A stretch of DNA of 63,752 nucleotides, the filler included, from Octopus bimaculoides (Eukaryota): NCBI RefSeq assembly GCF_001194135.2. It is 6 parts of 5 records of this genome, joined end to end, with 100 filler letters (N's around TTAATTAATTAA, not from the genome) between each part and the next. Parts side by side here need not be neighbours in the genome. Positions count along the whole stretch, not along the records: positions 34,886 to 55,946 come from NC_068981.1; positions 56,047 to 59,063 come from NC_068995.1; positions 59,164 to 62,326 come from NC_069000.1; positions 62,427 to 63,752 come from NW_026428968.1; 2 more parts are not named here. One strand, written 5' to 3'. A program made the position numbers and the translations under genes. Under the pieces are notes generated by a model that made no database searches, was not told the origin of the DNA, and worked only from the letters and a program-made list of their open reading frames with translations. Numbering within the stretch: position 1 is the first letter of the stretch; each line of letters begins with the position of its first letter. This document shows, in pieces, positions 52,956 through 63,752 of this stretch.

Positions 52956-53819
52956 CAGGGTGCTCCAAAAGTCACTGATGAGTTTCAGTTTTTAATCACT
53001 TCCTTAACTTTACAAATAAATGCATGAAATTCGATAAAATATAAAGGACATTATAGAAATTAGTTATTTAACCCTTTTCCCTCTCTTTTCAGATTTTATG
53101 TGCTTTCATTTGAAGAGGTTCATCAACAAACAAAATTGCCGTTTTTGGGCTCTGAGAACCGGAGAACAGTACACCAACGAGAACTGCAACCTGTAATGTG
53201 CACAGTATGGTGTGGATTGACATCAGATGAAATTATCGGTCCTTGTTTCTTTGAGGATGATGACAGAAATGCTGTCACGGTGACTGGAGAACGGTACAGA
53301 ATTATGATTGAGACCTTTGTGTGCCCGGCCATTCAAAGTAGACCTCACACATGGTTCCAGCAAGATGGGGCAACTTCACATACTGCAAGAGAAACAATGC
53401 AGTTGCTACGGCAGTACTTTGGAGAGAGAATAATCTCCCGCTACAGCAATGTCAACTGGCCTTCACGTTCCCTAAACTTGACTAGCCCTGATTCTTTCTT
53501 GTGGGAATACCTGAAAGAGGGTTTACGTCAACAAACCGGAGACCCCGGTGCAACTGAAGAACATCAATAGAGAAATCAGAGAAGTAGGTTCTGAAACTCT
53601 TGAGGGTGTTATAGTGCAAGTTTTAGAAAGAGCTTGGGCGTGCGAATCCGAAAATGGCTGCCATTTAAGCGACCTTAAATTTCAAATGTGATGTAGTGGT
53701 GTTCCAAAATTTGACTCATGCATAGTAATTTCCATTATGTCCTTTATAATGTATCAAAATTGTAAAGTTAAGAAAGTTATTAAAAACTGAAACCAATCAG
53801 TGACTTTTGGGACACCTTG
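52956..53819 (+). mobile_element. Internally deleted Tc1/mariner element, DD41D type
   Basis: TA|CAGGGTGCTCCAAAAGTCACTGAT... and ...ATCAGTGACTTTTGGGACACCTTG|TA with ~100-bp TIRs. Transposase remnant WFQQDGATSHTA...WPSRSLNLTSPDSFLW has 41 residues between the last two Asp. Confidence 0.92.
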
Positions 53820-54265
53820 TATAATGATCTGTGCACAGAAAGATTTACATGTTTAAAAAGGAAGTACTTAATATATTTTCCTATGCATGCATCCAAATAT
53901 TTTCACGCGCGCGCGCGCACACACACTCACACACATATACTTAAGAATAAACACAAAACCAAATGTTGATATTTTTAATGCATATAATACACGTGTTTTT
54001 AGTAGCTGTGTAAGATAATCTCTATATAATACAACCTTCTTTAGTCAATCACTTCAAAATATTTTGAAATATTTGACTGAATAGGGTAGCGTTTTCGAAG
54101 GATTATCTTGGGTAACTACAAGAAACGCGTTTAAATGATTTCAAAATATTAACATTTGGTTTTGTCTTCATTGTGGTATTATGCGACACTTTTTTTAATA
54201 ACAATCTAGCTTGTTCTTGCTTTGATAATACGATTTAATACAAGGATCTTGGAGTTTCATAATCT

Positions 54266-54378
<113 letters not shown>

Positions 54379-55046
54379 GCTTTATTTATAACTACATATA
54401 GTTTTATTTTTTGATATTCGATTCATGTTAGTTTTTGTGAATGCTCAGCTGTGACAGAGTTCGTGAAAAAGAATCTTTTGTATATACTTTAACATAATCC
54501 CCGTTGGATTATGCAGATATTTTCATTTTGTCTTCATAATAAGCAATCATAGAATGGCCTGTCAAAGAAAGAGAAGAAAAATCAGTTTTTCTTTTGAAGT
54601 ATCTTAAAATATATAGAATTAAGAAGAAAAGGAAAAAATGCGCGAGAGAATGTCTAAGAACAAGCAAATAAAATCACCACCAGCTAATTAGTGTTTAATT
54701 AAATTAGTTTACCTAATAGAAATGATTACATACGAAACCAGTACAAAAATTAATAATTATACTGAGATTGTCGCATAGATGAAGATGAAAAGACATAAAG
54801 AACAGAAAAGAAAAAAACTATTCTTCCAAATCGAAGCCATAGATACGCAATAGAAAATTTGTGTAAACATATATCAGTTCGTCGTTTAAAAGGATGTAAA
54901 TATGAATATAAATATAAATATAATATACGTACATATATAACCTGTCTGTCTGTCTACCTGTCTGTCTATCTGTCTCTCTACCTATCTACCTACCTACCTA
55001 CCTACCTATCTATTTATCTATCAGTCTAGTCACACACATATAATTA

Positions 55047-55107
<61 letters not shown>

Positions 55108-55259
55108 NNNNNNNNNNNNNNNNNNNNNNNNNNNNNNNNNNNNNNNNNNNNNNNNNNNNNNNNNNNNNNNNNNNNNNNNNNNNNNNNNNNNNNNNNNNNN
55201 NNNNNNNNNNNNNNNNNNNNNNNNNNNNNNNNNNNNNNNNNNNNNNNNNNNNNNNTATG

Positions 55260-55292
<33 letters not shown>

Positions 55293-55758
55293 GTATGTAA
55301 GTATGCATCTATCTATCCATCCATCCATCCATCCATCCAACCATCCATCTATCTATCTATATTGGTTAGAATTATAATAGTTTTCACAATTAGCCTTGCA
55401 AGTTGTTGGCTTTGTGTGGGTTTTGTTCAGTCGTCTGAGCATAGCTTGAAAAATATTCCGTAGCATAAAACTTGACGTCACGAAGTATAACCAATAAAAA
55501 TTCCGTCCATTGTGTGTGTGTGCGCCTGAGTAATGTACCCCTACGTAGCCCTTAATCTACTCTTGGGAGACCAATGAATAAATACTTGGTCTTATTGTAA
55601 TTATATGAGGAGCAAGTTAGCCAGGCAGAACCCTTTCGCTCACCAGGCAATTCATTACGGTTGGATTCGCAGGAGCAAGACATAAGCAAAGTGAAATAGC
55701 AGAACATTATACATTTCTCCCTCCCCCACCTCTTTCATGTATATACTTACACACATAT

Positions 55759-55836
<78 letters not shown>

Positions 55837-56354
55837 TATCTATATATATATATATATATCAACCTTCGAGTAATGAAGATATATCTATATATTCATTATG
55901 TATCAATGTATATTCATTATCTCTCTCTCTCTCTCTCCCTCTCCCTNNNNNNNNNNNNNNNNNNNNNNNNNNNNNNNNNNNNNNNNNNNNTTAATTAATT
56001 AANNNNNNNNNNNNNNNNNNNNNNNNNNNNNNNNNNNNNNNNNNNNTGTTGCTTTCTTAAAATTTCTATTCTGGTTTCCGTCAAAGTTCCACTTTCCTTC
56101 AGTCAAGATGATGATGATGATGATGATAACGACGATAGTTATGATGATTATGACGATGACGAACATGATTATGATCATGATGGTGATGATGATTATGATG
56201 AAATTTACGTTGTTAGATTACGCAGATGAGTGACGATAATGAGTGGTGATGAGTGATGATAATGAGTGATTATGATGTCTGCCCTCAGAGATTGCTGATG
56301 TTAATTCACTTCATTTGTCGTCAATTGACAGATTGTGAATTATGGGATATGGTA

Positions 56355-56475
<121 letters not shown>

Positions 56476-57106
56476 TCTATCTATTTATCTAACTATCTAT
56501 CTATTTATCTAACTATCTATCTATCTGTCTATCTATTTCNNNNNNNNNNGAAAGGTAAATTGTAGAAATATAGGTATATTAAAGCAATATAAATGTACGT
56601 ATACTATGGCACGTATACTACAGCAGTATTATGCGTAGCTTACATACTGAGATTGAAAAGCAGAGACGAATTATGCATTCCTAATCTATAAAAAAATAAA
56701 ATATTTTGGATTTTATACATAATTATCAGAGTTACCCTCATGATTTTATTGAATTAGCTGCATATTTTGCCATGAAAGGAAAATGTTGCTATCGATCTAT
56801 TTTATCCAAGGTAGGCAGTGCCTACCTTGCCTACCGAGACGGCACGTCCTTGATATATATGTATATAAGCACATCTCACGAATGAATTCGAACCGTGCAT
56901 CCCTGACAATCGATCTCTCGCAGCGCTCTCTATTGATCGGATCGAGTAGGTGAGTCATATCTGAGCACCCATGACTATGGAGGATGACTAAGAAAAACCT
57001 AATATCTGCTCATGTGACGCAAGAATCTCAGATAATTAGCTGTAATTTAACAATTGTAGTTATCGCCAATAAGTTTTGTTAGAAAAAAATCTTAACTGTC
57101 GACGTT

Positions 57107-57138
<32 letters not shown>

Positions 57139-57354
57139 GCATATGTATACACACACATATATGAATATGTATACATTAATAGACATACATACACGCATGT
57201 GTATGTGTATGTATACATACATACATACACTTTGTCCTGTTCTGGTGTTTTTGCGAAATTTTTCTGGAGAACATTTTTTGTTTGTGGTTGGGTCGTTGAT
57301 GACCTCTTTCTAGCATATTGGATGTCCACCTAGTGGTCATCCCTTATACACGTG

Positions 57355-57388
<34 letters not shown>

Positions 57389-57405
57389 CATACAAATATA
57401 CATAC

Positions 57406-57439
<34 letters not shown>

Positions 57440-58239
57440 TTATATATATATATATATNNNNNNNNNNNNNNNNNNNNNNNNNNNNNNNNNNNNNNNNNNN
57501 NNNNNNNNNNNNNNNNNNNNNNNNNNNNNNNNNNNNNNNNNNNNNNNNNNNNNNNNNNNNNNNNNNNNNNNNNNNNNNNNNNNNNNNNNNNNNNNNNNNN
57601 NNNNNNNNNNNNNNNNNNNNNNNNNNNNNNNNNNNNNNNNNNNNNNNNNNNNNNNNNNNNNNNNNNNNNNNNNNNNNNNNNNNNNNNNNNNNNNNNNNNN
57701 TATATATATAGAAAGAGAGAGAGAGAGAGAGAGAGAGACATACAGAACCTGTCTTGCTTTTGGTCATTAAATCCTTAATCGAATCATAAGTGGCACCGTT
57801 GTGGAATATGGCGTGTGGCGGGCATCTTTAGACCTGGTGGAGCCTATCCCTCTCCTGCTTGACCACCACAAAAGAGAAAAAGTCGGAGAGACAGAAGGAA
57901 TGAGTGAAAGAAAGAGAGAAACCGACATAAAATTGCCCAACCCTTCACGCTGGAAAGGCGAGCATCATATATACGTACGTACATACATACATACATACAT
58001 GCATGCATGCAATTGCACACACGCATACACACACATACACACATATGGTAAAAGAACCGTTACGTAGTCAATTTACACAAACACACACACACAAACACTC
58101 ACCCCACACACAAACAGACAAACACACTCACTCACACGCGCACACATACATATATAGATATATATATATCTTGATGTATGTAATCTCTGTTCATCTTAAA
58201 TGTGCGTTGAATGATTTTGTTTTCCTGGTAAACCTTACT

Positions 58240-58326
58240 TCAGGAGTCAAAATTAGTAACATAGGAGACAGTGAAGCTGAGTAGACTCTCAAGATGCGGC
58301 CCCGAAAAGGCGATTATGTGCCGTAT
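58240..58326 (-). CDS. Exon of the unnamed minus-strand gene, ending in TGA as assembled
   Basis: TGTTTCACAG acceptor after a 64-bp GT-AG intron. Reads IRHIIAFSGPHLESLLSFTVSYVTNFDS*; GTAAGG follows 1 nt after the stop. Confidence 0.6.
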   Translation of the reverse strand: MRHIIAFSGPHLESLLSFTVSYVTNFDS

Positions 58327-58390
58327 CTGTGAAACACATTAAAAGATATTATCAGTAACTTCGCAAAGATTCCGTATTGGAAGATATTAC

Positions 58391-58516
58391 CTTTCTATTC
58401 GGTGAGATATTGTTGCTGAAACAATGTACAATGCCAACTACAGATTCGACTGCCTTAAGATAAGTGTTCATGGAAAGAAGAAAACAAGATCGTTCTAACT
58501 CTAGAGGTACGTTTGA
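58391..58516 (-). CDS. Exon of the unnamed minus-strand gene (126 nt, phase 0-0)
   Basis: TTTCAAAAACAG acceptor, AAG|GTAATA donor. Only one frame is open: SNVPLELERSCFLLSMNTYLKAVESVVGIVHCFSNNISPNRK. Confidence 0.7.
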
Positions 58517-58572
58517 CTGTTTTTGAAATAAGGAATACTGGTAGAAAATTCCGACCAAAATTTCCGTTAAAT

Positions 58573-58725
58573 AGGCGCAAGCGTGGCCGTGTGGTTAAGA
58601 AGCTTACTTCTCAGTTAATGTGGTCTTAGGCTCATTCCCACTGCATTATACTTTGGGAAAATGTCTTCTGCTAAAGCTCCGGGTCGACAAAAGCCGGTTT
58701 TCGTAGATGGAAACTGAAGGAAGCT
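58573..58725 (+). mobile_element. tRNA-headed SINE (second family)
   Basis: GGCGCAAGCGTGGCCGTGTGGTTAAGAAGCTT A-box-like head followed by a SINE-like body. Confidence 0.6.
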
Positions 58726-59163
58726 CAACGTATACATACATACATACATACATACATACATACATACACACACACACTCACACGCACACAGAAACACACA
58801 CACGCACGCACACACACACACACACACATTCACATACCCCCTTTTACATACGCACACATATATACACACAGAGTTGAAACGCTGTTTGATTTATTTTTTC
58901 TGCGTACAATTTTCATCATCCCACTACCAAGTATGTCATCTCCCCTTCCTTATTCATAAACACAAGAGTATTATTATAGTCGATTATCTCGGTAACCATG
59001 GAAGCTATGAAAAAATATATCACCCCTTCCTTCCTTATTCATAAACACATGAGTATTATTATANNNNNNNNNNNNNNNNNNNNNNNNNNNNNNNNNNNNN
59101 NNNNNNNTTAATTAATTAANNNNNNNNNNNNNNNNNNNNNNNNNNNNNNNNNNNNNNNNNNNN

Positions 59164-59227
<64 letters not shown>

Positions 59228-59537
59228 TATCATCTGCATCCAAAATACAGCAACAAAGGGATCTTCAAAATGGTTTCCCCATCTGTAGAAATAGCAACCA
59301 AATTTCTTTTCGTGTTACACCCGTCAGTCCACTTTGGGTGGTAGATTTAATTGCTCGTCGGGTTTTAACGTGCCAACAGGTGCCCTGGTACTTTTAGCAG
59401 ATTCCTACACCCCTTTTGCAAGCATTCGGGTCGGTTGTCCGGATTGAGATTAACTGTCCCTACATCGCTGTCAAAGCTAAAAGAAGTCTTGTTCGCAGTT
59501 AAAATGCTTCTATCTTAGATCTATTTCATTTGTGTGA

Positions 59538-59900
59538 AGGTTGGTGGTTTAGCAGTCAAGATATTCGGCTCACGATTGTAAATTCGTGAGAGCAACCCTT
59601 GGCAACGCATTTTGTCCTTGAGCAAGACACTTTATTTCATGTTGCTCCAGTCCACTCTGCTGGCAATAATGAGTAGTACATGCATTTCAAAAGGCCAGTC
59701 TTCTCATATTCTGTGCCATGTCGAATCTCCCCGAGAAACATGTTAAGGATACGCGTGTCTGTGGACAGCTCAACCACTTGCACTTTAATTTCACGAGCAG
59801 ACATCGAATCTACACATCCAAGAGAGCACCTGACCGACCTTTTATTCTCTATCTTTTTCTTTGTGGAAGAAACATGCAGTGTTCGTTAAAAATGACCTGA
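59538..59900 (+). mobile_element. SINE-like repeat
   Basis: GGTGGTTTAGCAGTCAAG head and TGTCCTTGAGCAAGACACTTTAT core. Confidence 0.55.
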
Positions 59901-60263
59901 GAGGCAAACTGTATGTAACATCGGTGACCCTAACTATTCCACTAGACGTTGAGGACCCAAGGGAGAAAGGCGCGAAATACTATGTGTTTTAGATCATGTC
60001 CCGTAAGTTCACCGCCATCAATTCACCGTTTTTCTTTCATTTGGTCGCTTATTTTTTTGTTGCAATAAAATAGTTTATAACTATTAATGGTGAGATAATA
60101 TGGATATATTTTCTCGGTAAATTTTCGTCACGGTGAACTTTCTCTGCGGTGAACTTACACATAATCGTTATAGGTACGTACATGGTATGGGCGTGCTTGT
60201 ATGTAGTGACTTAGACGCTAAAAGTTTTGTGACCGCGATGTCTAATCAGAAATCAGTCTTTGT

Positions 60264-60520
60264 AAGTAGTTCTCAATCGGGGTCCGTATGATCCTTGGGG
60301 TCCGTTTAAGATTTTGTTGTTAAAAATTTATGTGAAATAAACTGGTTATACTTTTACAATGCGCAAAATATTTTTGCAATTTTTTTTTAATACAATTCCT
60401 AAAAACATTAAGTTATAAAAATATAACAGTGTTTTTTAAACATTGAAAGACTGAGGGGGAGCATCTAAATAAAAGAGGAATGAAAGGGGTCTATAGGCGA
60501 ATTATGGTTGAGGGCAATTG
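60264..60520. mobile_element. Possible hAT-type MITE
   Basis: Degenerate ends AGTAGTTCTCAATCGGGG ... GGTTGAGGGCAATTG with subterminal GGGGTC motifs. Confidence 0.35.
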
Positions 60521-60849
60521 GTCTATACTGTCGCTTGATATTGTAGAAATAGCAGGTAAAATTCCCCTCCGTTCTCAATCTGCAATTAAAAAAACATCAA
60601 CCAAAAAAAAGACAATTAAAGGAGACTTAGGATAATGCAGGTCTGAAAATAAAAGATGAAAAGAAAAAAAAAAAAAGAAAAAAACTGGCGTGGTGGCCTC
60701 AGATGGAACGCTTATGATCATAGTTTCCCTTCTATAGTGTCTTAACAAAAACAACGTAATTGAGTGACATATAATCATTATCATATATGTGTGTATGCTG
60801 ACTTGTCTATGTGTGCATGTCTGTGATTGCAAATGTGTGTTTACATTAG

Positions 60850-60886
<37 letters not shown>

Positions 60887-61394
60887 GATAAGAAACTTTC
60901 AGTAAAGTTAGACGTAGAAGAATCAAAGAATCGGGAAATCTATACCTGATGTTCCTCTAGATAATGCATGCACAGCAAACACTCAGTCACAGAGAATGTA
61001 TACGCGGATGTATATANNNNNNNNNNNNNNNNNNNNNNNNNNNNNNNNNNNNNNNNNNNNNNNNNNNNNNNNNNNNNNNNNNNNNNNNNNNNNNNNNNNN
61101 NNNNNNNNNNNNNNNNNNNNNNNNNNNNNNNNNNNNNNNNNNNNNNNNNNNNNNNNNNNNNNNNNNNNNNNNNNNNNNNNNNNNNNNNNNNNNNNNNNNN
61201 NNNNNNNNNNNNNNNNNNNNNNNNNNNNNNNNNNNNNNNNNNNNNNNNNNNNNNNNNNNNNNNNNNNNNNNNNNNNNNNNNNNNNNNNNNNNNNNNNNNN
61301 NNNNNNNNNNNNNNNNNNNNNNNNNNNNNNNNNNNNNNNNNNNNNNNNNNNNNNNNNNNNNNNNNNNNNNNNNNNNNNNNNNNNNNNNNNNNNN

Positions 61395-62030
61395 ATGATA
61401 GAGAGATGGGGGTGGAGGGGGGTATGATAGAGAGATGGGGAGGGAGGCGAAAGAAAGAAAGAAAGAGGGGGAAACTGTGAGAGGAGGTGATAAGGTGGAA
61501 TAGATGTTGGAAAGAAAGGGGCTTCTGAAAGGGAGAGATTGAGAGACATTTGTGTTGGTGAGGGTGGGGGAAGAAGAGGGAAAGAGAGAGAGAGAGAGAG
61601 AGAAACAGAGGATGAGAAAGGGGAGCTGTGAGAGTGAGTGAAGAAAAGGAGGAAAAGTGATGGAGTGGAAGATAAAAAATGAAAAGGAAACTCTAGTGAG
61701 GAATGAGAGTGAGCGACCGAGCGAGTGAGAGAGAGAGAAAGAGAGAGCGGAGAGAAAGAGAGAGAGAAGGAGAGAGGGGAGAGAGAAAGAGTTGGAGAGA
61801 GCGAGATTTATAGTGAGGGAAGCAGAGAGAGGATTTAAAGAAAGAAATGGAATGTGGATGGAAGAGAGAAATGGATAGAGAGAGAGTAAGAGAAGTATGG
61901 TTTCTGAAGAAATGGAGAGAAGGAAACGAGTACAGAATCGAAGAAAGAGAGAAAGAGATTGAGAGGAAAAGAGAAAGACGGTCTTGAAACACACGAAGAA
62001 GGACAATGAACAGGGTAGTGAAATGTGAGG
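61395..62030 (+). repeat. ~640-bp polypurine (GA-rich) tract
   Basis: Mostly G/A on the + strand; produces the spurious L/S/F-rich minus-strand ORF. Confidence 0.85.
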
Positions 62031-62052
62031 AGATGGATTGGGCGAATTCTCC

Positions 62053-62092
<40 letters not shown>

Positions 62093-62127
62093 AGAATTCA
62101 GGCACACAAGTACAGACACATATGTAT

Positions 62128-62162
<35 letters not shown>

Positions 62163-62273
62163 CATACATAAACATATGTATATATATACACTGTCTCTCT
62201 CTCATATATATATTACATATATATATATGCAGACATATATATATATATATAAACATATATATTATAAATATAC

Positions 62274-62326
<53 letters not shown>

Positions 62327-63456
62327 NNNNNNNNNNNNNNNNNNNNNNNNNNNNNNNNNNNNNNNNNNNNTTAATTAATTAANNNNNNNNNNNNNNNNNN
62401 NNNNNNNNNNNNNNNNNNNNNNNNNNATGCTAGCATGGAAAGCGGACGTTTAACGATGATGATGATGATGATGATGTACATGCGTATATCAGACGATGCT
62501 TCACACTGCTTGCATTATTCTAATGTGTGTGTGGTCCAGTGGGGAGACTGCTGCACACACGCGCGCTAAGATTGTGGTTTCAATTCCTGGACTGAATGAT
62601 ACATGGTGTTTTTTGTTTTTACTTTTTGAGTAGAGCCCTTTATCTCACACTGATATGTGATTACTTCAACACCTGATGTACACTATATATCAATGCATAT
62701 ATATCTATATATCAATGCATATATAAAAATAAGAGGAATGACCAGCAGAATTTGTAGAACTCTACACGTGCTCCCTTTCGGGTGGACGTCCAGTGTCTAG
62801 TTCTGGAAATTATATTTTATAAATCGACAGACTACGCTGATGATCCTGCAGATATTTACTTATGTAAATATTAACAGATGAAACCATGGTACGTAGGTTA
62901 ATCGTTTTTTTTTTATTTAGTATTTTTTCATTTGTTTTTGCCCTTTTACAGTCTGTTATGTCGCTGAAATTTTTACTGAGAACATATTCTTCATGGTTAG
63001 ATGATTTGGCATCTATTTCTAGCATATAGGAGTCCACTCCTTTCCTCTTATTTTTGTTTGTAATATAATTTTAATCTTCGGATTTTTTTTAATATGCTAG
63101 ACCACTGGTTCTAATTGATTAATATCAATTTCTACCCTTATTATTAAATTTTAAATTTCAATGCATATATATGTATGTGTGTATATATACATATATCAAT
63201 GCATATGTATGTGTGTGTATAGACATATACGTAAATGTTGAACAGTAAGAATGAGTGCTCAGCACTGAATTGGTGAATATACATTTATACACACATACAT
63301 ACATAGAAACACACACACACACACACCTACAGAGTAAGCCCTCTTTCAACAGCAAGTACCCGGGTAAAATAAGCCGCCCATATGTATCAAAGACTTGTGT
63401 TCTTGTTTTCTTTTTTTTGTTCAGTCAAATAAACCAAACACAAAACTGACCCTTAC

Positions 63457-63657
63457 CTTTGTGTAGGACACCCAAGGGTGCGATTGAAGGCCTCTGGGAA
63501 GATGACAGGGATGCTTCGTTGGGCGGCGACGAAGCTGGGGTGTTGAACCCTATTGACATGGCTTTCTTCAAAAAACTATTGACATCACTGAGTGTAAGGG
63601 CATTGTGTAGCGTCTCCAGGGCTCGTACTGATGGCACCATCGTGTAACCTTCAATAC
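63457..63657 (-). CDS. Exon of the unnamed minus-strand gene (201 nt, phase 1-1)
   Basis: TTTCTTTGCAG acceptor, AAG|GTAAGG donor, GC-richer than its flanks. Reads (G)IEGYTMVPSVRALETLHNALTLSDVNSFLKKAMSIGFNTPASSPPNEASLSSSQRPSIAPLGVLHK. Confidence 0.8.
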
Positions 63658-63710
63658 CTGCAAAGAAACCGAGGAAGGATGCAGCTGATTAATGGTGGAA
63701 TAAACACCTA

Positions 63711-63752
<42 letters not shown>

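Noticed and set aside
56107-56280. Degenerate (GAT)n tract that could encode an Asp-rich peptide
   Set aside because: No convincing splice context or start; the same triplet repeat is common throughout the window.
57780-57946. Possible next exon after 58239 (CCTTTCCAG acceptor)
   Set aside because: Frames run into low-complexity CT-rich sequence and do not continue the suspected family pattern beyond a few residues.
59400-59510. Candidate for the missing phase 1-0 exon of the minus-strand gene
   Set aside because: Poor acceptor with no pyrimidine tract, weak donor, and no recognisable similarity.

Overview
AT-rich, intron- and repeat-dominated animal genomic DNA from a gapped draft assembly. 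It is probably a cephalopod such as Octopus (inference from the repeat families, dense microsatellites and TTAGGG repeats). Two spliced genes converge. On the + strand, four internal exons of a SPRY-domain gene matching SPRYD3 lie at 1187-5221; its 3' exon(s) are not visible. On the - strand, three exons of an unnamed gene lie at 63457-63657, 58391-58516 and 58240-58326, with a tentative resemblance to the GREB1 C-terminus. Between them are decayed transposons: RTE, HERO-like, R4/Dong-like and L1/Tx1-like non-LTR retroelements, Helitrons with intact TC...CTAG ends, piggyBac, a DD41D mariner and a Chapaev3-like fragment. SINEs, micro/minisatellites and several long inverted repeats are also present. 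Most entries in the ORF track are microsatellite or N-gap artefacts. I did not find a clearly new multi-gene system. The best leads are the minus-strand gene with a stop codon 1 nt before a strong donor, an ORF1-only retroelement inserted into a SINE, and two long fold-back structures in one SPRYD3 intron.
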